The notes under the pieces were generated by a model. It made no database searches and had not been told where the DNA came from. It saw only the letters and a list, made by a program, of their open reading frames with translations. A program made the position numbers and the translations under genes. From an uncultured Desulfuromonadales bacterium (GTDB taxonomy: Bacteria; Desulfobacterota; Desulfuromonadia; Geobacterales; CAIOGM01), in contig CAIYUY010000287.1 in assembly GCA_903929485.1 (NCBI GenBank), positions 38 to 64,037 of the forward strand: DNA of 64,000 nucleotides, written 5' to 3'. Shown in pieces: positions 1 to 8,340 of this stretch; position 1 is the first letter of the stretch, and every line of letters begins with the position of its first letter.

Positions 1-111
1 TTATTCCGGGTTATTCCGGGGTTATTCCGGGGATACTATATTCAATCAGGGTTATTCCGGGGACAGTATATTCAATCAGGGGTTATTCCGGGGACAGTAT
101 ATTCAATCAGG
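1..111. repeat. Tandem direct repeat array with a ~30-bp unit GTTATTCCGGGGAyAsTATATTCAATCAGG. Full copies lie at 21-50, 51-80 and 81-111, preceded by two partial TTATTCCGGG copies. The array is cut by the window edge.
   Basis: Read directly from the sequence. The full copies differ at only two positions. Confidence 0.9.
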
Positions 112-145
112 AATTGACCGGAGACGACCGGTAACAGGGAAATTT

Positions 146-403
146 TCACTTCCAGATCTCGGCATCAATTTTCTCGAATACCGCCGTGGCGCTCTCGAAC
201 TCGGCGGCGTCTTGAACGTTCCATGTCCCGGCCAAATGGTCCAGATCATCGTAAACAGTCTGTCTCCGTTTCTTGTCCAGTCCCAGTGACTCCTTGATAA
301 TCCTGAGCATTACGGCGTTAACGCTCGTATTCTCCCGGCGGGCCATTTCTTTCAAGGACTTGGCTATGGTGTCATCTATGCCGCGTAACGTCATGGTCGT
401 CAT
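146..403 (-). CDS. Ribbon-helix-helix (Arc/MetJ/CopG-like) antitoxin
   Basis: 85-aa ORF. The N-terminus MTLRGIDDTIAKSLKEMARRENTSVNAVMLRIIKESL fits the RHH beta-alpha-alpha pattern. It lies 16 nt downstream of the PIN gene on the same strand. Confidence 0.75.
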   Translation of the reverse strand: MTTMTLRGIDDTIAKSLKEMARRENTSVNAVMLRIIKESLGLDKKRRQTVYDDLDHLAGTWNVQDAAEFESATAVFEKIDAEIWK

Positions 404-419
404 CGGTTCCTCTCCATAA

Positions 420-818
420 TTACCTGATCGCCAAGAGCAGACCGTTGATAGCTCTGAAATGGGCGTCTAAGGTTGCCAGTGCCAAGCCGTGTTGCAGTGC
501 GGAAGCGGCCAACCACAAATCGTTTGTCGGAATGGGACGCCCTATCTGCCGCAACTCTGAAAACACTTGGGCATAGAACTCCGCTGTTTCATCGTTCAGT
601 ACAATCGTATCGACTCTGGCTGAGTTGAGAAATTGTTCCAATTCGATTCGATTTTGTTTTTCTTTGGCACCACAACGGAAACCGGCTAACAACTCGCCGA
701 GAATCACTGTATTGATGCCAATATATTCGGCTCTCTGCAACAGGAACAGTGCATCAGGATCATTCCTCTTGAATGCCGTATAGAAGTTGGTATCGATAAT
801 GATCCGCTTCATTTCCAC
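420..818 (-). CDS. vapC: PIN-domain ribonuclease toxin (VapC family)
   Basis: 132 aa with the PIN acidic residues in canonical order: IIIDTN, GELL, TNDLWLAA, LDAHF. The real start may be MKR at 812. Confidence 0.85.
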   Translation of the reverse strand: MEMKRIIIDTNFYTAFKRNDPDALFLLQRAEYIGINTVILGELLAGFRCGAKEKQNRIELEQFLNSARVDTIVLNDETAEFYAQVFSELRQIGRPIPTNDLWLAASALQHGLALATLDAHFRAINGLLLAIR

Positions 819-967
819 CTACCCTGGAACAGCATGACATCACTTCCTATAATCACTATGCTGTCACACAATGAAACTGTCAACCGGAAATCTTTCTAGT
901 TTTTTTCCGCACGTGATCCCCAGTATGATACTATCCGCCCCCACATACTATCAGAGGAGGAACAGAG

Positions 968-2158
968 ATGGCCATAGCAGCCAAGATTCAGGCCTGTATC
1001 GAGGGCTCTTCCTGGATCAGGAAGATGTTTGAAGAGGGTGGGCGACTCCGGGCGATCCACGGGGCCGAGAATGTCTTCGATTTCACCCTGGGGAACCCCA
1101 ACGTGGAGCCTCCCCGAAAATTTGACGAGGAGCTCCTGGCCATTGCCCAAAGCTCGCCGCCGGGGATTCACCGATACATGAACAATGCCGGCTACGATGA
1201 CTGCCGCGCCGCCGTGGCGGAGCTTCTGGCGGAGAAGTCGGGGCTGGAGGTCACCGGGTCCCAGATCATGATGACCTGCGGGGCGGCCGGCGCCCTCAAT
1301 GTGGCGCTGAAGACCATGCTCAATCCCGGGGAGGAGGTCATCATTCTCTCCCCCTATTTTGTGGAGTACAAGTTTTACATCGACAACCATGGCGGCGTCC
1401 CCGTGGTGGTCCCTACGAATCCGGATACCTTTCAGCTGGATATCCCGGCCATTGAGCGGGCCATCACCCCCCGAACCCGGGCGCTCATCATCTGCTCGCC
1501 CAACAATCCCACCGGGGTCGTTTACCCCGCGGAGAGTCTGCGGGATTTGGGGCTCATGATTCAGCGCAAGGAGCGTGAGCTGGAGAAGCCGCTCTACGTC
1601 ATCTCCGATGAGCCCTACGCCCGCATCGCCTATGACGGCGTGGTCGTCCCCAATCTCTTCCCCTACGTGGATAACTCCCTCATCGTCACCTCCCACAGCA
1701 AGGATCTGGCTCTCCCCGGTGAACGGATCGGCTATCTGGCCGTCAACCCCCGGATGACTCACGTGGAGCTCTTCATGGAAGGGGCGATCTTCTGTAACCG
1801 GACTCTCGGCTTTGTTAACGCTCCGGCCCTCATGCAGCGGCTGGTGGCCAAGCTTCAGCGGGAATCGGTGGATATCGCTCCTTATCAGGAGAAGCGGGAC
1901 ATCCTCTATCACTACCTCACCGAGATGGGGTTCAGCATGGTCCGTCCCGACGGCGCCTTCTATCTCTTTCCCCGTTCCCCTCTTGCCGACGATGTGGAGT
2001 TTGTCCGGATGGCGCAGAAACACCAGATTCTCCTGGTTCCCGGCGCCGGCTTCGGCGCCCCCGGTTTTTTCCGGATCGCCTACTGTGTGGACAAGGCGAT
2101 GATCGAGAGGAGTCTTCCCGCCTGGCGGGCCTTGGCCCAGGAAGCGGGACTCCGGTAG
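968..2158 (+). CDS. Class I/II PLP-dependent aminotransferase (aspartate/alanine aminotransferase-like)
   Basis: 396 aa with NNPTG and SHSKDLALPGERIGY (Schiff-base Lys context). A GAGGAGG RBS lies just upstream of the ATG. Confidence 0.9.
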   Translation: MAIAAKIQACIEGSSWIRKMFEEGGRLRAIHGAENVFDFTLGNPNVEPPRKFDEELLAIAQSSPPGIHRYMNNAGYDDCRAAVAELLAEKSGLEVTGSQIMMTCGAAGALNVALKTMLNPGEEVIILSPYFVEYKFYIDNHGGVPVVVPTNPDTFQLDIPAIERAITPRTRALIICSPNNPTGVVYPAESLRDLGLMIQRKERELEKPLYVISDEPYARIAYDGVVVPNLFPYVDNSLIVTSHSKDLALPGERIGYLAVNPRMTHVELFMEGAIFCNRTLGFVNAPALMQRLVAKLQRESVDIAPYQEKRDILYHYLTEMGFSMVRPDGAFYLFPRSPLADDVEFVRMAQKHQILLVPGAGFGAPGFFRIAYCVDKAMIERSLPAWRALAQEAGLR

Positions 2159-2171
2159 GGAACACCTTTCT

Positions 2172-2762
2172 TTACCTTCTGCTCTTCAACTCCAACTCTT
2201 GTTCCAGTGTTTTCAGTTTTCCGATATTCAGGTGCATCTCCTTGTTCTCCCGGGAGAGGGAAACGTTGGATTCCTTCAGCGTCTTAAGCTGACGCCGTAC
2301 CTTCGCCAATGCGACCTCGTCCTGCCAGTGTTCAATGAGAATACTGTTAAGCGTGGTCGCCTGAATGGCCCAGACGCTTCCGGGATAGTCGCGGATAAGC
2401 CGTTCCATGATCTGGCGACTCTGGGGATAACCGGCGGCTTCGCTCTCGTATTTAAGGCTCAACAGCCCCTGGTGAAACAGCGCCTCGTCGGTGACGCCGG
2501 GGAGACTTTTTTCAACACCGATCTTCTGGAACAGCTCCCGGGCTGCATCGTCTTTTCCTCCCTGGAGCAGCTCCCGTGCTCGCGCCAGTTGTTCCGCAAT
2601 GCTCTTGGGCGGCAGAACCGGCGTCACGCGGGGGGGAGGTTTGTGGCTCTGTTCCGGTGCGCGAGGCGGTTCCGGTCCCGGGCCTAAAAATGTTTTCAGG
2701 GAGGAACATCCTCCGGAAGAGAGGGCGAAAAGGATAAGCATGGGAGGAAATATTCGTTTCAC
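2172..2762 (-). CDS. Lipoprotein of unknown function (TPR-like middle region, coiled-coil C-terminus)
   Basis: GTG start. The signal peptide has the lipobox LFALSSGGC. There is a Pro-rich linker and a coherent frame in GC-rich DNA. Confidence 0.7.
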   Translation of the reverse strand: MKRIFPPMLILFALSSGGCSSLKTFLGPGPEPPRAPEQSHKPPPRVTPVLPPKSIAEQLARARELLQGGKDDAARELFQKIGVEKSLPGVTDEALFHQGLLSLKYESEAAGYPQSRQIMERLIRDYPGSVWAIQATTLNSILIEHWQDEVALAKVRRQLKTLKESNVSLSRENKEMHLNIGKLKTLEQELELKSRR

Positions 2763-2768
2763 GGTTCA

Positions 2769-2909
2769 CCGTCGATGAATGAAATAGTCACTGCCGGGGA
2801 GAGTTTTGCCTGTTACCGGCGATGAATGAAATAGTTGCTCCCGGGGGAGACTTTTGCCTGTTACCGGCGATGAATGAAATAGTTGCTCCCGGGGGAGACT
2901 TTTACCTGA
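2769..2909. repeat. Three tandem copies of a ~48-bp unit (CCGGCGATGAATGAAATAGTTGCTCCCGGGGGAGACTTTTGCCTGTTA)
   Basis: Units at about 2769-2815, 2816-2863 and 2864-2909, read directly. The stop codon of the GGDEF-like gene (2861-2863) sits at a unit boundary. Confidence 0.9.
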
Positions 2910-4177
2910 TCCTTGATTTCCGCCGCGGCCCGGGCGATCTCCGCGGCCGATGCGTAGTCCCCTTTCCGGCACTCCAGCGCTGCGATGGAGATGGTCATTA
3001 TGGGGAAATCTCGAGGAACACCGTAGCGGTCTACCCCGCTGATGGAGCCGGCGGCCAGATCCTCCTGGCTGTAATACTCCATGATTCCCGCCGTGAACTC
3101 ACGGATGACCGTGTCGCAGAGGGTGGTGATCTTATCCGAACCGATGATCATGACAAAGTCGTCGCCCCCTATATGCCCCACGAAGTCACTTCGGTCGCCA
3201 TGCTCCTTGACCGCGTTGTAGATGATTTCGCCGGTCATCTTGATGATGTCGCTGGCCCGAACGTAGCCGTACCGATCATTATATGACTTGAAATTGTCCA
3301 GATCCAGATAGCAGAGTGCGAACGGCTCTCCCCCCTTGAGTCGCCGATTAAGTGACCGTTCGATGGCGATATTGCCGGGAAGACGGGTCAAGGGGCTTGC
3401 ATCCAGGCTCACCTCCTCCAGCACCTTCAGCTTGGCGGCCATATCGCTGAAATCGCGGGCCAGTTCGCCGAACTCGTCGGAGAGGGGGATCTGGGGATCA
3501 AAGTCGAAATCTCCCTCTGCGATCCTGTGGGTCGCTTTCTTCAATTTTGTGATGCTTCGATAGATATTGAAGGCAAAGAAGCCGGCCACGCTGATGGCGA
3601 AGAGGAACCCGGCAAAGGAGAGGAGGAGGGTGATGCGAACCGTCTCCACTCGCCGCCGGTCGGCATCGGCCATTTTTTCCGCCAGCCGATGCTGCCGGTC
3701 GGCGATGATGCCGTCCAGCGCCGCCAGGGTCCGGTCGGCGGCCATGGTCATTAGCTTCGGGTCGATCGCCCCCCCTTGAAGGAGGGTGGTCGCCCTCTTG
3801 CGGAACTCCCGGTACTGCCGGTACACCTCCGGCAATTGCCGGTCCGGGCCGCTTCCCTGGAGGCGGTTCAGGGATGCTTGAATCTTCTCGTCATGGTTTT
3901 CGAAGAGGGTCTTGAATTCCGAGCCGTTGAGTATGATGAACTTCCGGACGTACCCTTCCTGGGCCAGGAGCGAATCCCGTAGCTTTCCAACAGTGGTAAT
4001 CGCCACCAGATCGCTGGAGACGATGGTACTGGCGACTTGGTTGAGGGCGTAGAGCCCCATGATGGCGTTGCCCAGCGCGGCGACGGTGAAGACGGTCATG
4101 GCCGCGTAGCTCAGGATGAGCTTTTGGACCAGGGTGGCCCGTTTCAGAAGGGACATGGGGTTCTTGCTCCCTAGCAT
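2861..4177 (-). CDS. Membrane sensor with a HAMP domain and a divergent GGDEF-family domain (GGDDF motif)
   Basis: 438 aa with two TM segments flanking a periplasmic region and a HAMP-like segment (ATHRIAEGDFDFD). The GGDEF-type core runs PLTRLPGN...YLDLDNFKSYNDRYGY...GHIGGDDFVMI. Confidence 0.8.
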   Translation of the reverse strand: MLGSKNPMSLLKRATLVQKLILSYAAMTVFTVAALGNAIMGLYALNQVASTIVSSDLVAITTVGKLRDSLLAQEGYVRKFIILNGSEFKTLFENHDEKIQASLNRLQGSGPDRQLPEVYRQYREFRKRATTLLQGGAIDPKLMTMAADRTLAALDGIIADRQHRLAEKMADADRRRVETVRITLLLSFAGFLFAISVAGFFAFNIYRSITKLKKATHRIAEGDFDFDPQIPLSDEFGELARDFSDMAAKLKVLEEVSLDASPLTRLPGNIAIERSLNRRLKGGEPFALCYLDLDNFKSYNDRYGYVRASDIIKMTGEIIYNAVKEHGDRSDFVGHIGGDDFVMIIGSDKITTLCDTVIREFTAGIMEYYSQEDLAAGSISGVDRYGVPRDFPIMTISIAALECRKGDYASAAEIARAAAEIKDQVKVSPGSNYFIHRR

Positions 4178-4286
4178 TATTTCCCGGATAATAACGCACC
4201 ATAGTAATGAAGCAGGGGGCGACAGTCAATGAGTATGTGAGCCGAGGATAGTATGAGGTGAGGCGGCCGGGGCGTGACAGGGAGTT

Positions 4287-5024
4287 TTACGCCAGTTCCG
4301 TAAGATATTTCCTGAATCGTTTGGGGAGCTGCTGCTGCTGAAGCCGCCGGTTGGTCCGCTCCGGTATGGCGACGGAAGCAAAATAGCTCCGCCAGAGCGA
4401 TGCCCACGCCTCCTCGCCGGCCGACAAGGGAGGGACTCCCCGGAGGTCAAATGTGGTGAGGCGCCACTCCGCCTTATTCCAGGCCACCGCCAAATCCCGC
4501 CGTCGGTCGTGAATGAGCCAGTTCATCTCCCCACAGCGGGCCGCGAAATGGGGGGCGATCAGTTCCAGTACATGATAAGCCGGCTCCACGGTCGCGTACC
4601 ATTGTCCTCCCGTGGTCTCCTGGAACCGGACGATCCCCATGGTGCTGTGCGCTTCGCGCCCCACGGCGCGGGCCAGCCGGTGGATGGGAGCTACGGCGGG
4701 GTGAGCCGGATAGCGGTCGCAGTTCGCTCCCACCGTTCGTCCGAAAGAGAGATAGCGCCAGAGGAGGAGTTCCACCCCTTCCGTTTCCGAGAGAAATGCC
4801 GTCAAGAGGAGACGACAGCTTTCGGGCGAAAGCCGGGCCGCGATGGCGGCCAGCATCTTTTCCCCCCGAGCCTCGTCACTTTCCACGAAGATGACGGATG
4901 TGAAAAGATCCTCCTGGTTATTCTCCCGGGAGACGATCTTCTCCGGTTCTTCCCCTTGGGTGACCAGAGTCGCACAGAGGGTGAGAAAACCGGTAAAGGT
5001 GCCGTCATAGCGCCAGATCGCCAT
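4287..5024 (-). CDS. Partner protein of the DNA modification/repair radical SAM enzyme (the 'probable DNA metabolism protein' family; I recall it as TIGR03915, from memory)
   Basis: 245 aa with the N-terminus MAIWRYDGTFTGFLT, typical of that family as I recall it. Its start overlaps the stop of the radical SAM gene (TGATG). Confidence 0.65.
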   Translation of the reverse strand: MAIWRYDGTFTGFLTLCATLVTQGEEPEKIVSRENNQEDLFTSVIFVESDEARGEKMLAAIAARLSPESCRLLLTAFLSETEGVELLLWRYLSFGRTVGANCDRYPAHPAVAPIHRLARAVGREAHSTMGIVRFQETTGGQWYATVEPAYHVLELIAPHFAARCGEMNWLIHDRRRDLAVAWNKAEWRLTTFDLRGVPPLSAGEEAWASLWRSYFASVAIPERTNRRLQQQQLPKRFRKYLTELA

Positions 5025-6307
5025 CAGAGCTCTCCGGTAATGGCGCTGACGTCACGGGTTTCCAGGGGGAAGAGGGAGAGCTGCTCCGGCCCCGAACGCC
5101 GCTTCTTCCCGGGGAGGAGTAACCCCTTCAGCCGTTCCGGAGAAAGGTCCAGCTCTCCCGATGTGGCGCCGTCGGCGGAGATGAAATAACGGGCCCGTTT
5201 CATGACCACTCCCAGTTGCATCAGCTCTTCCAGCCGGATCCGCTGTACCTTGCGGGCCCGGACGATCCGCTGGGCCGAACGGACACCTATTCCCGGAACC
5301 CGGAGCAGCAGCTGGTATGCCGCCCGGTTTACCTCCACGGGGAAGAGCTCCCGGTGGCGCAGCGCCCACCCTGTCTTGGGGTCCAGCTCCGGGTCCAGAT
5401 TCGGCGCACCGGCGTCCAGCAGCTCATCCGCCGCGAAGCCGTAGAACCGGATGAGCCAGTCGGCCTGGTACAGCCGGTGTTCCCGGAGCAGAAGTGGGGT
5501 GGAGGTGAGGGGAGGGAGCCGCGGGTCCACCATGACAGGAACGTAGGCGGAGTAGTAGACCCGTTTGAGCCCCAGCCGCCGGTAGAGCTGTTCCGAGACC
5601 GTCATGATCTTGAGGTCGCTGTCCGGCGTGGCGCCGATGATGACCTGGGTGCTCTGTCCCGCCGGGACGAAGGGGGGGGCGCGTCGCCCCTCATCCCTCC
5701 GGGCGGTGATGAGCCCGCTTACCTGACGCATGGGAACAAAGATGGAGTCCCGGCTCTTGTCCGGCGCCAGCAGGGCCAGACTCTCCCGGGAGGGGAGTTC
5801 CAGGTTGATGCTCACCCGGTCCACCAGTCGCCCGGCCTCCTCCACCAGAAGGGGATCGGCCCCGGGCACCAGTTTCAGGTGGATGTAGCCGTTGAATCGC
5901 TCCTTCTCCCGGAGTCTGCGCACGGTCTTGATGAGGAGTTCCATGGTGTAGTCGGGAGTTCGCACCACGCCGCTGCTGAGAAAGAGCCCTTCGATGTAGT
6001 TGCGGCGGTAGAAGTTGACCGTGAGTTCCGCCACCTCCTCCGGCGTCAGGGAGGTCCGCCGGATGTCGTTGCTCCGGCGATTCAGGCAGTAGGCGCAGTC
6101 GTAGACACAGACGTTGGTGAGGAGGATCTTGAGGAGCGAGACGCAACGGCCGTCGGCGGACCAGCTGTGACAGATGCCGCTGGTGGCGGCGTTGCCGATC
6201 CCCCCCTTTGTGTTGGCTCGGCTGCTGCCGCTGGAAGAGCAGGAGACATCATACCGGGCGCTCTCGGTAAGCAGTTTGATTTTCTCGTCCAGCGTCAGCG
6301 TTTCCAT
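5024..6307 (-). CDS. Radical SAM protein of the putative DNA modification/repair family, with a C-terminal helix-hairpin-helix-like region
   Basis: 427 aa with the CxxxCxxC cluster CVYDCAYC. The C-terminal LLRVPGIGVRSAQRIV is HhH-like. Confidence 0.85.
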   Translation of the reverse strand: METLTLDEKIKLLTESARYDVSCSSSGSSRANTKGGIGNAATSGICHSWSADGRCVSLLKILLTNVCVYDCAYCLNRRSNDIRRTSLTPEEVAELTVNFYRRNYIEGLFLSSGVVRTPDYTMELLIKTVRRLREKERFNGYIHLKLVPGADPLLVEEAGRLVDRVSINLELPSRESLALLAPDKSRDSIFVPMRQVSGLITARRDEGRRAPPFVPAGQSTQVIIGATPDSDLKIMTVSEQLYRRLGLKRVYYSAYVPVMVDPRLPPLTSTPLLLREHRLYQADWLIRFYGFAADELLDAGAPNLDPELDPKTGWALRHRELFPVEVNRAAYQLLLRVPGIGVRSAQRIVRARKVQRIRLEELMQLGVVMKRARYFISADGATSGELDLSPERLKGLLLPGKKRRSGPEQLSLFPLETRDVSAITGEL

Positions 6308-6551
6308 GGTTGGTTCCTCTTTACGGAGGAGTATCGCAGATATTCATGACAGAATACGTCGTAAACTTTTCAGCCTCACAAAAGAGCTAAGCACGAACAG
6401 CGGGAAAACGCAGCAAGAAAATAACGACGAAACATTTTAATCTTAAAGACGGCTCCCATCCCCTGGAGACACGACGAAAGAGTACGAATAACACTCTGAT
6501 TTCCTTCGTGAAACTTCGTCACCTTCGTGGAGGGAAGCTTTTGTGGATCAA

Positions 6552-6582
6552 TTGTAAACCTAAATCTGCTATCGGTTGACAA
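6552..6582. promoter_or_regulatory. BirA-type bio operator candidate: TTGTAAACC-N13-GGTTGACAA
   Basis: Imperfect inverted repeat matching the TTGTAAACC/GGTTTACAA half-sites of proteobacterial bio operators. It lies 44 nt upstream of the bioB ATG. Confidence 0.55.
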
Positions 6583-6625
6583 CTCTCCCGCCATATGATA
6601 TTCAAATTCATCGGGAGGAACAATC

Positions 6626-7621
6626 ATGAAGCAGTGGATAGCGGAACTGGCGGATAGGGTCATCGCGGGTGGTTTTGTGACGGAAGAAGAGGCCGGCACG
6701 CTGATGGGAGCCACCGGTTCGGATCTCTTCGCCCTCTTCCTGGGGGCGACCCGGATCAGGGAACAATTCCTGGGGAGCGGGGTTCATCTCTGCGCCATCA
6801 TCAACGCCAAGTCCGGGCGCTGTCCCGAGAACTGCGCCTTCTGCGCTCAGTCGGCCCATTTTGAAACCGGTGTCGCCGTCTATCCCCTGGTGGATGAGGA
6901 GCGGATCGTGGCCGAGGCCAAGTGCGCCCAGGATAGCGGCTCCAGCTGCTACGGCATAGTCACCAGCGGGACCTCCGTGCAGGGGGATGAAGTGGATCTT
7001 ATCTGCGGCGCGCTCCGGCGGATACGCCGGGAGACCGCCATTGCCCCGGCCTGTTCCCTGGGGATCATCTCCCTGGAAACGGCCCGCGCCCTGAAAGAGG
7101 CGGGGATGGTCACCTATCACCATAACCTGGAGACGGCCAGGAGCTTTTTCCCCAACATCTGCGGCACCCATGACTATGACGAGGATATCGCCACCATCAG
7201 GTCGGTAAAGGAGGCAGGGATCAGGGTCTGCTCCGGCGGGATCCTCGGTCTGGGCGAATCCCCGGCCCAGCGGGTGGAGCTGGCCTTTACCCTGCGGGAG
7301 CTGGAGGTGGAGTCCATCCCCCTCAATTTTCTCAACCCGATCCCCGGTACCCCCCTGGAGGGGGCCGAGCTCATCACTCCGCTGGAGTGTCTCAAGGCCA
7401 TCGCCCTGTTCCGCTATGTCAACCCCACCCGGCAGATCTCCGTTTGCGGCGGACGGGAGAAGAACCTGCGGGATCTCCAGTCCTGGATCTTCTTTGCCGG
7501 GGCCAGCGGGACCATGACCGGCAACTACCTTACCACCACGGGACGTTCCGCCGATGAAGACTGGCTTATGCTCGCCGATCTGGAGCTTACCGTCACGGCT
7601 TGCCGCGGGGATAAGGGATGA
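6626..7621 (+). CDS. bioB: Biotin synthase
   Basis: 331 aa with the radical SAM motif CPENCAFCAQS and the YHHNLET motif. First gene of a bio operon. Confidence 0.95.
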   Translation: MKQWIAELADRVIAGGFVTEEEAGTLMGATGSDLFALFLGATRIREQFLGSGVHLCAIINAKSGRCPENCAFCAQSAHFETGVAVYPLVDEERIVAEAKCAQDSGSSCYGIVTSGTSVQGDEVDLICGALRRIRRETAIAPACSLGIISLETARALKEAGMVTYHHNLETARSFFPNICGTHDYDEDIATIRSVKEAGIRVCSGGILGLGESPAQRVELAFTLRELEVESIPLNFLNPIPGTPLEGAELITPLECLKAIALFRYVNPTRQISVCGGREKNLRDLQSWIFFAGASGTMTGNYLTTTGRSADEDWLMLADLELTVTACRGDKG

Positions 7622-8340
7622 GCCGAGGGGTCTTTATCACCGGAACGGATACGGACGTGGGGAAGAGTGTTGTCGCGGCGGTCATCGCCCGGCTGGCGGC
7701 CATGGCCGGTCTGAACACCGGCGTCATGAAGCCGGTCACCAGCGGCTGCTCCCAGCGGGATGGGGTTCGTATCTCCCCGGACGCCGAGCTTCTGGCCTAT
7801 GGCGCCGGAATGGAGACGCTCTCTCCCCAGGCGACCCCGTATCTTTTTACAGCCCCGTTGGCGCCGTCGGTGGCCGCCGAGAAAGAGGGGGTCCGGATCA
7901 ACCTGGAAAAGATCGCCGGCGATTACGACTCCCTGGCGGCACGGCATGACTTCATGGTGGTGGAGGGGGCCGGCGGGCTCATGGTCCCCCTGGCGGGGGG
8001 GCTCCTGGTGGCCGACCTGATCTTGAGGCTGAATCTTCCCGTGGTCGTGGTGGCCCGGCCGGGGCTGGGAACCGTCAACCATACCCTTCTCACCTGTCTG
8101 GCGGCACGGCAGATGGGGATCTCCGTGATCGGGGTGGTCATCTCCGGCTTTCCCGACGATCCGGACGAAGCGGAAGCTTCCGCGCCCCATCTCATCGGCT
8201 CACTTTCCGGGGCGCCGCTCCTGGGAATCTTCCCCCGCATTGACCTGGCCGACCCTTGCCACGTGGTGGATGCCATCGTGGATCGTATCGTGAGGGAACC
8301 GTTGACCACCATCTTAAGAAAGGAGCTTGGCCTTGTCTGA
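7618..8340 (+). CDS. bioD: Dethiobiotin synthase
   Basis: 240 aa with the P-loop-like GTDTDVGKS. It overlaps bioB by 4 nt. Confidence 0.92.
   Translation: MSRGVFITGTDTDVGKSVVAAVIARLAAMAGLNTGVMKPVTSGCSQRDGVRISPDAELLAYGAGMETLSPQATPYLFTAPLAPSVAAEKEGVRINLEKIAGDYDSLAARHDFMVVEGAGGLMVPLAGGLLVADLILRLNLPVVVVARPGLGTVNHTLLTCLAARQMGISVIGVVISGFPDDPDEAEASAPHLIGSLSGAPLLGIFPRIDLADPCHVVDAIVDRIVREPLTTILRKELGLV

Noticed and set aside
1-111. Possible CRISPR array (also considered for 2769-2909)
   Set aside because: The repeat units are directly adjacent with no unique spacers, and no cas genes are present in the window.
896-2023. Long antisense or alternative-frame ORFs inside GC-rich genes. Examples are 896-2023, 5216-6349, 6608-7171, 7525-8190, 10178-10957, 11986-12693, 13430-14566, 28035-29441, 31411-32412, 34497-36368, 44715-45554, 49727-50887, 59365-60819 and 62812-63696.
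   Set aside because: Each lies opposite to, or out of frame with, a gene that has clear family motifs. Their translations are low-complexity and rich in Arg, Gly and Pro, which is typical of shadow ORFs in high-GC DNA.
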